From a phage: a DNA stretch of 64,000 bases. Under the pieces are notes generated by a model that ran no database searches, had not been told where the DNA came from, and saw only the letters and a program-made list of their open reading frames with translations. This document shows positions 1-9,387 of the stretch, one piece after another. Position 1 is the first letter of the stretch, and every line of letters starts with the position of its first letter. Location: NCBI GenBank assembly GCA_024682255.1, contig GCA_024682255.1_4716.1. One strand, given 5' to 3'. Both the position numbers and the translations under genes were made by a program.

Positions 1-1212
1 CGGCTGCGATACCGTAATCTCCACCCGATCGACATCGGTACGTTTAACGATGATAAGGCTACGTTCATCACCGAATGGTTCTGAGACCTTACAAGCCTCT
101 TTAAGATTTTCGAGAATCGTGCCATGGGGTTCAAACACCGCAAAACCGGAACTAGCATCGATTCTTATTAGACTTACACGCGTGCCGTTTACGGTGATGG
201 TGTCATCCGTCTTGAATTCACAACAGGAGGGTAGGCGGAACTGACCATTAACGCAATTAGCTAAGTATGCCTCACCACCAAACATTTCTATTAATGTCAC
301 CGGTTTGAATGTTTTCTCTGGGAAAGCATTATTAAGAATATCGTTTCCATTCACGAACCAGATCGTTACTTTATCTTCGGAATACGCTAGTCTGTACGGT
401 TGGGTTGCGGACGCTTGCGCTTTATGCTGGTTAAATAACTTTGATTTTGTCGCAATCGCAGCACGACCTTCGGCGTCGAAGTACAGAACTTCATATCCTA
501 CACATCCGATAAACACGCGACGGTTATTAAGTTCCGGAATTCTGACTAATAATGCTTCACCGTTGTATCCAGTAGGAACAATACCACGTAGGATGATAGA
601 TTCATTGTTCAATACCGAATTTTTCATGGTGATGCTTCGCATTATCGCTGGCGTCACTATTTTATCTTCGACAGGTTCAAGCTGCTCTGCTGTTACAGTC
701 ATGGATCTGTCTTCGTTTTCAACCGACCGATTAAAGACTATTTTATTAAGACAAACAATCGGTAGAATCCGGTCTACACACACGGTCTCATCGAAATGTG
801 CAGGAAAGCGAAAAATATACGGAACAAAAACATCAATATCGTCGGTTGCTTTTTCAAGCATATTAGCATATTCAACTGCTTTAGAACGACCGTTGAGAAG
901 AATAACCGCATAGATAACACTATCTTCCAACCATGCGCGGGTCGTACGCCCGATAATACGATTGGTGTCTATTTCAGCGCGCTGAGACTCCGGCGACCAC
1001 TTTACTGAGTTGACACCATCTACAACCACGTCGGCACCATCATCACACAAACTTCGTATGAACCGACTGACGGTCGCTGCATCGATCTGAATCCCAGCAA
1101 CCTCAATTTTCATCAATGGGATAACAAACTCATTATTACCGCACTTCTTTGCTCCGCGAATAATAGGAGTACTCTTCTTGTTTTCACCCGACCCCCAGAT
1201 AACTTTAGTCAT
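1..1212 (-). CDS. hypothetical protein, N-terminal ~400 codons only (gene continues beyond window start)
   Basis: Minus-strand frame open from window edge to an ATG at ~1210-1212 preceded by an AGGAAACAG RBS-like sequence; absent from ORF track because truncated; N-terminus MTKVIWGSGENKK...; no motif recognised. Confidence 0.45.
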   Translation of the reverse strand, partial: MTKVIWGSGENKKSTPIIRGAKKCGNNEFVIPLMKIEVAGIQIDAATVSRFIRSLCDDGADVVVDGVNSVKWSPESQRAEIDTNRIIGRTTRAWLEDSVIYAVILLNGRSKAVEYANMLEKATDDIDVFVPYIFRFPAHFDETVCVDRILPIVCLNKIVFNRSVENEDRSMTVTAEQLEPVEDKIVTPAIMRSITMKNSVLNNESIILRGIVPTGYNGEALLVRIPELNNRRVFIGCVGYEVLYFDAEGRAAIATKSKLFNQHKAQASATQPYRLAYSEDKVTIWFVNGNDILNNAFPEKTFKPVTLIEMFGGEAYLANCVNGQFRLPSCCEFKTDDTITVNGTRVSLIRIDASSGFAVFEPHGTILENLKEACKVSEPFGDERSLIIVKRTDVDRVEITVSQP

Positions 1213-1253
1213 TTTCTGTTTCCTTCTGAGTTTTGTACTAAGCTCTGACGACA

Positions 1254-1868
1254 TCATCGACGTTTCGTACCGACCTTCCCGTTTCGATGGTCATCAAGAA
1301 TACGCCATTCTTCGAACAGGAGTTCAGCAGCGAAATAACCTACGGCGATGCTGTCTATTGCATGCTCATCAAGATTCGCTAACACAACACCGTTCTTGGG
1401 TGTGATGTTCATGAGGTTCAATACTTTCTGGCGAACATCGTCCTTACCAACACGGGACGTCATAATCCCAACAGCGCGCTTTGCGCTTCGGTTATCAACC
1501 CCTAAGAAAGACACCGTAGGATCAAAATCGATAACCGTTGTCTGAATCGCTGAAAACAGCTCGCTGAGCGCCATACCGCTTTGCTTGAAACGACCGATGA
1601 ACGGTGTCTCACAAGCGACCGCTTGCGGCTGGTACTCTTGCAATAACGTTGTCAGCGAACGACGGTGTTCTTGGATACGTGCGGCACGATTACCGTATCC
1701 AAGCGCAATATCGCCATCGGGATCATATCGACGTGAAGCGTGCCATGTCCCCGCATACAGCAGTTCAATATCTTCGACACGCACGTCCAAACGTAGTAAC
1801 GACGCACCGAGCGTATCGGTGCCAGGGTCGATTGCCAGAATATCGTAAGCGTATTCTGGTGGGATCAT
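1254..1868 (-). CDS. RuvC-like Holliday junction resolvase (RNase H-fold nuclease)
   Basis: N-terminal YAYDILAIDPGTDTLG (RuvC motif with catalytic Asp), central ACETPF (Glu), C-terminal DEHAIDSIAVGYF (acidic pair); start moved from ORF-track 1895 to the ATG that overlaps the upstream TGA (ATGA). Confidence 0.55.
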   Translation of the reverse strand: MIPPEYAYDILAIDPGTDTLGASLLRLDVRVEDIELLYAGTWHASRRYDPDGDIALGYGNRAARIQEHRRSLTTLLQEYQPQAVACETPFIGRFKQSGMALSELFSAIQTTVIDFDPTVSFLGVDNRSAKRAVGIMTSRVGKDDVRQKVLNLMNITPKNGVVLANLDEHAIDSIAVGYFAAELLFEEWRILDDHRNGKVGTKRR

Positions 1869-2677
1869 GGTGTTACAACAGCCTCTACTGACCATGGGAA
1901 GGTTTTCGCAATAACGCCTTCCAGGAAGCGTTCAACTTCGGCTTGCTCATACACCGAAAGCTTTTCAAACGGTGTTTGGTCTTCGGTTAAACCTACCGCA
2001 TGAATAGGACCCAGGTCTTTAACCAGGGTAACTTCGCCTTTAACGCCTTCGCGTTTAACGATGATCGCGTGGTCATTAACCTTAGGATCATACAACACAC
2101 GCATCATGGTTACCGCGTCATCCGGTTCATAACCGAAATCGATAGCGACACGAGCATTCGTCCCTTCATCGTCCAGAAGCTTGCTTAGCGCTTTACAACG
2201 GTCTTCAATCCAATCCAACGCAACCACGGTTTCTTGGCGTAGCTGAACCTCAACTTCTTTTCCTTGTTCGTCGATACGTTTCACGGTAACAAAATCGTGT
2301 AATAAACGGTCAGGGAGGAGGGAAGCGATAAGCTCAACGTTGGGTTCAGGTTTTTCGTTTTCCAGAATGATGGTCGCTTGTGCGTCCAAATGTTCTTTAA
2401 AACGGATGTAACGTGTTAATCGAAGAACTTCGTCTTGGGATTTTGCGTCTTCAGGAATAATCTCCGTCATGACGTTATAGATCTTTTCAGCGAACGTCGG
2501 AATGACGGTGATTGTAATTCGTGCTGGCGTACCACGCTCTTGGTACTCATCGGCTAACTTCTTCGCCATCCCGTTAAAATAAGTCTGGAGAAACGGTTGC
2601 TGTGTTAAAAACATTTTCTCCAGATCGGAATAGCGATGCTTGCGTGCGTGGCCTAGCTTCTTCATGGGCTTTTTCAT
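1865..2677 (-). CDS. hypothetical protein
   Basis: 271-aa ORF; ATG at ~2677 with AAGGA RBS ~10 nt upstream (ORF track began at an adjacent TTG); sits between the Rad50-like and RuvC-like genes; no metallophosphatase (Mre11) motifs seen. Confidence 0.5.
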   Translation of the reverse strand: MKKPMKKLGHARKHRYSDLEKMFLTQQPFLQTYFNGMAKKLADEYQERGTPARITITVIPTFAEKIYNVMTEIIPEDAKSQDEVLRLTRYIRFKEHLDAQATIILENEKPEPNVELIASLLPDRLLHDFVTVKRIDEQGKEVEVQLRQETVVALDWIEDRCKALSKLLDDEGTNARVAIDFGYEPDDAVTMMRVLYDPKVNDHAIIVKREGVKGEVTLVKDLGPIHAVGLTEDQTPFEKLSVYEQAEVERFLEGVIAKTFPWSVEAVVTP

Positions 2678-2698
2678 CAACAGAAATCCTTATTTGTC

Positions 2699-5218
2699 TT
2701 AAATAATCGTGACGTGTTCGTTATATGTTTCAGGGAGAATGATGTTCGTTTTATCAAGAACCATACACTCGGCTTTACGGAATGACGCATGGTTGATTAC
2801 ATAGTGGCTGATGAACCACACTTGGCTTACACGGTGACCATCAACCAGACGACGAACAAAATCCATGGCATTAGATTGGTGCTGAGGATCAAATGTTGAT
2901 GCAAATTCATCTAACATCAACGGATAATCCGTGAACCCTTTGTAGTGCATCATCGCGATGATGAACGCGATGTTGATAATTTCCTTTTGTCCCTTACTCC
3001 CACAAACAATATCTTTTCGCGGTGTCGGATACTTCTCAGTTAAAAGCGGAAAACGATAGTTCAATCCTTGCGCGTCGATAGCACACGGAAGTATCTGAAG
3101 TTGGTATTCCCAAATACTCGCAATGATACCGTTCATGTACTCAACGAACGCGTTGATGGGACCCGCAATTGTTTCGGCAATCAGTCCGTTAGATGGACTT
3201 AACTCATCCAGAACAAGTTGTGCATAACCGAGTTGTTCTTCCACCTCTTTTTGTGTCGTTTCCAGCTGAGCCAGAAGCTGTTGGTCGGTTTTAGCTTCTT
3301 GTAGTTGCTGTTCGACATGACTTATTCGACGAACCGTATCAGACATCGCAGCACGTAACGATTTCGTGTAGAGGTGTTGCAGATACTCTAACCACAGTTG
3401 GGTTAACGCTTTATCGCTGTTATCAGAACGCACTTGATCTTCCATAATCGCCGTAATGGTTTCCAATCTACCTTCCGTAGCTGTAATGGCTTGTGTTAAC
3501 CGCTCAACGGTTGTTAACAACTCTGTCCTGTTCTTATAAAGCAATTCCCGACGTTGCTGTAACGGTTCAACATCAACTGCTTGTACACGTTCGAGCATGC
3601 CTTGAAGATGCTTCCGTTCTTGCTCGGCTTGTGTGTAACGCGCAAGTTTCTCGAACGCAAGCAACCAATCGTTAATGATTCCAATACTGCGGAATCCTAA
3701 ACCGTTTTTACGTCCTTCTTCCAGCAGATTATCCCACATGGGTTTAATGGCGTAATAATCCTTCGTCCAACGCGTTAACTGACGATGCTGTTCCATCCAG
3801 AGCGTATAGCGCTGAACCTTCTCGCTAAGCTCAGCTAACGATTTTTCTTGCTCTTCAACCCAAGCACGGCCCTTCTGAATACGCTGTTCAATACCCGCTT
3901 TGCTGGTCTTTTCTGTTTCACCAACATGAAAGCGATAGTTGCATTTTGGACAGCTGGTCTGGGGTTGATGGTTAAGGTGGTCGAGATGCGCTTCCAAATC
4001 GGCTAACGCATGTTTCGCGTTACGCAAACGCATTCTTGCCGCCTCTTCCTCCTTGATGTAAGCTTCAGCATCGTAGACGTGATAGGTGTTGTCGGTATCA
4101 ATCCATTCTTGGAGTAATTCCGTTAATGGAGCCTGAACTTGCGTGAGCTGCTGTAAACAAACCGCAGCGTCCAGATTCATCGTTAAAAGCTCACCTGGAT
4201 GATCATGCTGGAGTTGTTCGTCCAAACGTGCAAGGCGGGCTTTAATCTGATCGATATCACCTTCTCCAGACTGTTTCAACTGGTCAAGGATATTATCGAT
4301 GCCCAACAGCTCGTCAACCTGACTTTCGAGTTTCGCGTTCGCATTCGCGAGTTGTTCTCTTAGTTCTGCCAGATTCTGCTGTTCTTGTTGCGATGTTCCT
4401 CCTTGGTAACGAACAACCGCACGAAGAAGCTCGCGATTAAAATGATGGGCACGTTGTGCGGATTCCAGAAGCTGTCGTTGATCAACATCGCTGTCAAATA
4501 ACGGCAATCCCATCATCGCTTCGAGCGCTGAGCGTTGCTGTTTTAACTCTGCTTCCAATCCCTGGTGGTCGGTGCCCGTGTATTTCGCTTCAATGCGTTG
4601 TGATGTTTCAACCAACTTATTCAGTGTATGTTCGTTCACCGCTTTCAGTGAACGTACTTGTTGCTTAACAACCTGAAACAACTCGAGCGCGTAATCGACG
4701 TTAACCGGACATATCTGCGTTAATCGTTCACGACGTTTCATCGGCCCCATTTCGGTGAACTGGTAAGCTGTTTCGTAACCTAACAACAAACGAATGGTAT
4801 CGTCATTAAGTTCGAAATGTTCTTCAATCAGTTTCCATTGGGCCGGTTGTGTGCCACCACCGTTCAGGTTCTCGCTGTCGTTAACGTAGAACTCATGCTT
4901 AAACCCTTTTTCTAAACGACTGATAAGACGGTATTGTTTATTACGGTGTTCACAGCGGTACTCGTAATACCCGTCTTTATCAAAATCGGCACGCTCAGGA
5001 ACGGTCGGATACAGCAAAGGCAATAGACTACTCTTACCGGAACCATTACTGCCTAAAATGAGTTGTACGGGATTATCTGGCCGGATGACCAGCTCCCGAA
5101 TCATCCCGGTATCAAAACGATTGAATCCACGTAAGTGGAGATAGGTGCATCGCATGCTATGATAATCCTTCTTCGATACCTTCTGAACCACGGGTTCAGA
5201 ATGCGAAGCTGAAGACAT
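2699..5218 (-). CDS. Rad50/SbcC-like SMC-family ATPase (recombination/repair)
   Basis: N-terminal Walker A LILGSNGSGKSS; long central region rich in E/Q/L/R heptad-like sequence (coiled coil); central CPKCNYRF (CxxC zinc-hook-like); C-terminal Walker B/D-loop PLMLDEFASTFD and VWFISH. Confidence 0.7.
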   Translation of the reverse strand: MSSASHSEPVVQKVSKKDYHSMRCTYLHLRGFNRFDTGMIRELVIRPDNPVQLILGSNGSGKSSLLPLLYPTVPERADFDKDGYYEYRCEHRNKQYRLISRLEKGFKHEFYVNDSENLNGGGTQPAQWKLIEEHFELNDDTIRLLLGYETAYQFTEMGPMKRRERLTQICPVNVDYALELFQVVKQQVRSLKAVNEHTLNKLVETSQRIEAKYTGTDHQGLEAELKQQRSALEAMMGLPLFDSDVDQRQLLESAQRAHHFNRELLRAVVRYQGGTSQQEQQNLAELREQLANANAKLESQVDELLGIDNILDQLKQSGEGDIDQIKARLARLDEQLQHDHPGELLTMNLDAAVCLQQLTQVQAPLTELLQEWIDTDNTYHVYDAEAYIKEEEAARMRLRNAKHALADLEAHLDHLNHQPQTSCPKCNYRFHVGETEKTSKAGIEQRIQKGRAWVEEQEKSLAELSEKVQRYTLWMEQHRQLTRWTKDYYAIKPMWDNLLEEGRKNGLGFRSIGIINDWLLAFEKLARYTQAEQERKHLQGMLERVQAVDVEPLQQRRELLYKNRTELLTTVERLTQAITATEGRLETITAIMEDQVRSDNSDKALTQLWLEYLQHLYTKSLRAAMSDTVRRISHVEQQLQEAKTDQQLLAQLETTQKEVEEQLGYAQLVLDELSPSNGLIAETIAGPINAFVEYMNGIIASIWEYQLQILPCAIDAQGLNYRFPLLTEKYPTPRKDIVCGSKGQKEIINIAFIIAMMHYKGFTDYPLMLDEFASTFDPQHQSNAMDFVRRLVDGHRVSQVWFISHYVINHASFRKAECMVLDKTNIILPETYNEHVTII

Positions 5219-5269
5219 ACTTCAGCGTTATTTTCTATATCGTTATTTAAATCAGTAGGAGATTACAGC

Positions 5270-6358
5270 ATGAGCGACCTGGCAACAGACAATCGCACAA
5301 AAGGGAGTCAGCTAGCTCCAGACAACAACGTAAGCGTTTTCCGTATCTATGCCTTGGGTACTGTTGCTGCCGACTTTTCCAATAAAAGTCTGGAGGAAGA
5401 TCCTAACCAAACGCTGGAGGTCTTTCTTGATGAGATGATGTCAGGCGCTGATGGGAAAGTTGAAGCGGCGGGAAGCGTTAAAGAAGTCAGTGCAACAGAC
5501 GCTCAAGGGAACAGCTATACGGCGAAAGCGGCAACAACAACCAGCGTACAGTGTTACTGGTTACCTTTCGGCAGTAACCGGATGACAGCACCTAACTTGA
5601 GGAAAGGTCAGCGTGTGGTGGTTTGGCGAACCGCGGATGAAGAACAACTCTACTGGCAACCCAAAGGTGGGGATAGTGAGCTGATGACCATGGAATCGGT
5701 TATCCTCACCGTCAGCGCACGTCCTAGCGCTAAGAAGGACCGTAAATCGATTTCAACGGAAGACTGCTATTACCTAATGGTTGATACCTTTCTTAAGAAA
5801 GCGGTTATCGGTACCAGCGCACAGCTTGGTGAAGTTACCCAAGTTTACATGGAACTTAATCTGGACGAGGGTTACCTACAGGTTGCGGACAGCGTTCATC
5901 AAAATCTGCTGTTACTCCATTTCGTTGAACATATGCTGCGTTATCAAAACCAGGACGACAGCATCATCGACGTGACAAAAAAGAACATCACATTCCAATG
6001 CGAGGATACGCTCAAAGCAATTGCTAAGAACGATATCCGAATGAAAGCAAAAAACATTTATACCGAATGTGAGAACTTCGAGCGTACCAGCAAAACAGAA
6101 AGCGTTACGAGTCAGAATGTTTCTTTGAAGTGTGATCGTTACACCGCGCAAGTATCAGGACAGACCACGTTTAAATGTCCGAATACGGTATTCACTGGAG
6201 CTGTAAGCTTCACAGGTGAAGACGGAAACACGATGACGTTGAATGGGAACTTCATACACATCGCAGGCTCTTGGCGTTCACCAACCGGAACAAACGTATA
6301 CACTCACGACCACGGTGGCGTTAAATCCGGTAGTAGTAGAACCGACCCGTTCCAATAA
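5270..6358 (+). CDS. putative baseplate central spike / cell-puncturing protein (gp5/gpV-like)
   Basis: AGGAG RBS before ATG; OB-fold-like segment CYWLPFGSNRMTAPNLRKGQRVVVWRTADEEQLYWQP resembling gpV/gp5 N-domains; repetitive beta-strand-like C-terminal half ending in an HDH (HxH) motif as at metal-binding spike apexes. Confidence 0.45.
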   Translation: MSDLATDNRTKGSQLAPDNNVSVFRIYALGTVAADFSNKSLEEDPNQTLEVFLDEMMSGADGKVEAAGSVKEVSATDAQGNSYTAKAATTTSVQCYWLPFGSNRMTAPNLRKGQRVVVWRTADEEQLYWQPKGGDSELMTMESVILTVSARPSAKKDRKSISTEDCYYLMVDTFLKKAVIGTSAQLGEVTQVYMELNLDEGYLQVADSVHQNLLLLHFVEHMLRYQNQDDSIIDVTKKNITFQCEDTLKAIAKNDIRMKAKNIYTECENFERTSKTESVTSQNVSLKCDRYTAQVSGQTTFKCPNTVFTGAVSFTGEDGNTMTLNGNFIHIAGSWRSPTGTNVYTHDHGGVKSGSSRTDPFQ

Positions 6359-6378
6359 AAAAAAAGAAATGCTATACA

Positions 6379-6414
6379 ACCTCCTTCCCTAGCCATCAAG
6401 GCCGGGGAAGGAGG
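6379..6414. terminator. CT-rich/GA-rich hairpin between convergent genes (same stem class, different loop)
   Basis: CCTCCTTCCC-TAGCCATCAAGGCCG-GGGAAGGAGG; A8 tract upstream and TTATAGTTTATTTATT downstream. Confidence 0.5.
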
Positions 6415-6429
6415 ATTATAGTTTATTTA

Positions 6430-6819
6430 TTAACGCGTTGCGTTCTGGATGATTTCTTTTCCGATCTTAACCAAAGCGGGTATCTGCACAGCGGTTGCGC
6501 CTCGATGACGAAACGCGGTCGTTAACGCAGTATCGATACTCACCGCACGTCCATGAAGACGATCGAAATAGACTTGAGTGATTGCGGTAGCGTAATCCTT
6601 TCGCTGTTTCTTGGTTTGGCTCAACAGCGCCGCACTACGACTAACGATGAAGTAAGCGATTAAGAAGAACGCCGCTGACCGCGAACCAGGTAGAAAACCT
6701 TGTCGCTTAGGAAGCATCTCACAATCGCGAACAGAATTATCGTTCGCGAGCTCTTCCATGTCAACACGGCATAATTTTGCATAGGTGTGGAGATAGTGGG
6801 TAAAAGTTGAATTTAACAT
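6430..6819 (-). CDS. hypothetical protein
   Basis: 129-aa ORF with GAGGAAAG RBS before ATG; no motif recognised. Confidence 0.5.
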   Translation of the reverse strand: MLNSTFTHYLHTYAKLCRVDMEELANDNSVRDCEMLPKRQGFLPGSRSAAFFLIAYFIVSRSAALLSQTKKQRKDYATAITQVYFDRLHGRAVSIDTALTTAFRHRGATAVQIPALVKIGKEIIQNATR

Positions 6820-6924
6820 TTTCTTTCCTCGATTACAATGAGTTCAATGTATAGCTTAAACGTCACAGAACGACGTATAACGGTTTGTTTTAATTTCTAA
6901 GGGGTTTCCTTATCTACGATTGAA

Positions 6925-7287
6925 TTAAAGCGTTCTGAAGAGTTCTGTAGCGTTCTCGTCACGTAAACAGGCTTCGTTCAACAATTCAGCTAACAGCTTC
7001 GACCGAACTTCAACAAATGTCCTGAGGCGATGCTCCCATTCTAAACGGATAGTGTAAGTATTATCCAGGTTTTTGTAGTCAACGACAGATACCGAGCAGC
7101 GGGGTTCACGTTTGTTCACAGCATCCCAAACATCACGGATAACCGTCACGCCTTTCTTGGTACACGTAAACGTTAAAATAAAGCGATTATTCGCTGCTTC
7201 TTCACGGACATGACTAAATTCACTTCGTAACGATGAGACTTTGATAAGTCGGTCAATAGCTAACGATAAACCGATACGTTGTTGCAT
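6925..7287 (-). CDS. hypothetical protein
   Basis: 120-aa ORF with AGAGGGGA RBS; abuts the next gene. Confidence 0.5.
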   Translation of the reverse strand: MQQRIGLSLAIDRLIKVSSLRSEFSHVREEAANNRFILTFTCTKKGVTVIRDVWDAVNKREPRCSVSVVDYKNLDNTYTIRLEWEHRLRTFVEVRSKLLAELLNEACLRDENATELFRTL

Positions 7288-7288
7288 A

Positions 7289-7714
7289 TCAAATCCCCTC
7301 TTTCAGAATCTCATTAAGACCGTCAGTAATCCAGTCGAACTTCGTCTTAATCATGGCTGGGTTCAATCCATATACTTCCCACACAAGCTGGGGTTTATGT
7401 GTTCCATCGTCCAAACAAAGCACATCGATTGAGAGTACCATACCACCCGTCAATTTCATGTTCTCGCAACTACGAAGATATGCGGATTCTAGCAATACTT
7501 TCCCTAACGCAGTGCAAGCAAATGTTAACCGGGAAGAGTACAGGTACGATGACGTTTTACAGTAGGTTGCTGATATCGGTTGAATATGTTTGCGGAGTTT
7601 GGCGTCTTCACGTAAAAGCAATAACGTGTGATGTAACCGCGTATGCTCGGTAACCGATGAGCTATACTCACCGATACACTCTTCGGCGACTGATTTAGGC
7701 CATTTAATTTTCAT
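7289..7714 (-). CDS. hypothetical protein (paralog of 7730..8173)
   Basis: 141-aa ORF, GAGGA RBS; N-terminus MKIKWPKS and HHTLLLL resemble MEIKFCKS and QHTLERL of the neighbouring ORF. Confidence 0.5.
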   Translation of the reverse strand: MKIKWPKSVAEECIGEYSSSVTEHTRLHHTLLLLREDAKLRKHIQPISATYCKTSSYLYSSRLTFACTALGKVLLESAYLRSCENMKLTGGMVLSIDVLCLDDGTHKPQLVWEVYGLNPAMIKTKFDWITDGLNEILKEGI

Positions 7715-7729
7715 GTTCGATTCCTCGTA

Positions 7730-8173
7730 TTAACACTGTGTTCCATTCGATAAGCGGGTGGTATCAAAACGATCCAGTTGGTGTACAATGCTATCAGCAA
7801 CACGATGCAAATAGTGTATTTTGTCCATTCGTGAAATCGCAGAAATCGTCCAGCAAGCCTCTGACGTCCAATAGGTGCCGTCTTCACTAAGGCTAACGTT
7901 ATAAACTAACTTCGTCATCACATTTCTCGCCTTATGCTCAGCAGACCAGAATATGTTTTCTAACACATCCTTCCCCGTTTGTGAAAACACGAACCCAAGC
8001 TTCACGTCGAAGTCGGATGCTTCAAGATTAACGCAGTGAAGATGATTCTCTAACGGCGCAAAAGAGGCTAAACGTTCCAGCGTATGTTGCAGTGTGGGAT
8101 GATCGAGCTTTTCGAGATCATCCACAGGTCGTTCAGGTACAATCGCGATCGATTTACAGAATTTAATTTCCAT
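7730..8173 (-). CDS. hypothetical protein (paralog of 7289..7714)
   Basis: 147-aa ORF, AGAGGA RBS; shared N-terminal signature with 7289..7714. Confidence 0.5.
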   Translation of the reverse strand: MEIKFCKSIAIVPERPVDDLEKLDHPTLQHTLERLASFAPLENHLHCVNLEASDFDVKLGFVFSQTGKDVLENIFWSAEHKARNVMTKLVYNVSLSEDGTYWTSEACWTISAISRMDKIHYLHRVADSIVHQLDRFDTTRLSNGTQC

Positions 8174-8285
8174 GGTAGGTTCCTCTTGATAGTGGTTGAT
8201 GATAGTAACGGGGACGGCGATGTCCCCTTGGTTTCTTATTGCCCCGCCCGAACCCGATGGGGTACAGGCGGGTGATGTTGATGCG

Positions 8286-8693
8286 TTATAGCGGCATCAG
8301 ACGTTCTTTAAGTTGGGTTAACTTATTCGCAACGATGGTCTCAACATCGATCATCTTGTTCATGTTGTCGAGGGTATCCTGCCAGATGAAAATATCCACG
8401 GAACCGGTTCCGACTAACGCGTTCTCAGGACGATGGTCGCGGGTCACGTAGCGTGGTCTCTGCGGGCAGGTTTGTAACTCGATCCAAAGCGCATCTAACG
8501 GACCGTGGTCCGTGACACCTAAGGCGAAGAATTCACCTCTTACGACCAGAACATCATCAGCCGTCCTGACACGGGTTGATCCTTCGTACACCAATTCCAT
8601 CTTTGCTCGGCAGGCCGGGTTCCCGTTCCACGCCTGGACGGCATCGGCAAGGGCTATTGACGTTGCGGTGGTGTTCGTTTGATCATGTTGCAT
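8286..8693 (-). CDS. hypothetical protein
   Basis: 135-aa ORF with GAGGAG RBS. Confidence 0.5.
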   Translation of the reverse strand: MQHDQTNTTATSIALADAVQAWNGNPACRAKMELVYEGSTRVRTADDVLVVRGEFFALGVTDHGPLDALWIELQTCPQRPRYVTRDHRPENALVGTGSVDIFIWQDTLDNMNKMIDVETIVANKLTQLKERLMPL

Positions 8694-8771
8694 TCTAAGC
8701 TCCTCAATCGTTCTACAACGAACTTTTAATGGAAGGGAATATGTTTCCCTTCTTTGGATTCGTTTATTGCG

Positions 8772-9047
8772 TTATACGGCTTTTCTGTGCGCGTAGAACG
8801 CCTTCGTTCCGTTGTTGATTGCTTCAACCACATCCCGGGTTAACACAACGGCGTTATCGCTTCGAGACGACGGTGCGTAATACCCTTCACCGTTCTCGGT
8901 AATCAGGCGATAACGGACTAAGCCTATGCTCGGTTCAACACGTAGCACCTTTTCAAGTTTGTATTTGATGATCTTCGTCAGGCTGACTGTGTCTGACGCG
9001 TAGATTGCTTTATAAACCTTGTTCTTTGTTGTCGGTTTCATCAACAT
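8772..9047 (-). CDS. hypothetical small protein
   Basis: 91-aa ORF in operon context; weak RBS. Confidence 0.4.
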   Translation of the reverse strand: MLMKPTTKNKVYKAIYASDTVSLTKIIKYKLEKVLRVEPSIGLVRYRLITENGEGYYAPSSRSDNAVVLTRDVVEAINNGTKAFYAHRKAV

Positions 9048-9087
9048 GATTTCTGTTGTATTTTCCTTTTCGCTTGTTGGTGTTGGA

Positions 9088-9387
9088 TTAAGGTTTAGGT
9101 TCCGTTTTGTGTTGTGCGAGTAGTATGTTGATCTGCTCCCGTTGTTCTTTTAAGCATGCGGGAAGCTGGTCTTCCCGTACCGTTCCGATTTCCAACGTGA
9201 TGTACCAGCGTTGTTCGGAAGCCTGCCATTGAAAACTGCTCTGTAAACGAAGGATGCTAGGATCACGTACCTTGTTTGCGCTGTAGCGGTTGAACCAAAC
9301 CAGGTAAGCGGCTTTTCCTTCCTCGTCGGCAACGTAACGCTGCACGCTGTTCTTGCCTTTGTTCTCGTATCCTGTTGTACGTATCAT
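9088..9387 (-). CDS. hypothetical protein
   Basis: Start re-assigned to the ATG (MIRTTGYENKG...) that overlaps the upstream TGA as ATGA; ORF track started earlier at 9441 inside the upstream gene. Confidence 0.45.
   Translation of the reverse strand: MIRTTGYENKGKNSVQRYVADEEGKAAYLVWFNRYSANKVRDPSILRLQSSFQWQASEQRWYITLEIGTVREDQLPACLKEQREQINILLAQHKTEPKP

Noticed and set aside
305-913. Plus-strand ORFs 305..913 and 796..1008
   Set aside because: Lie antisense within the longer minus-strand frame that runs from ~1212 to the window start and has an RBS-supported ATG; no start signal of their own.
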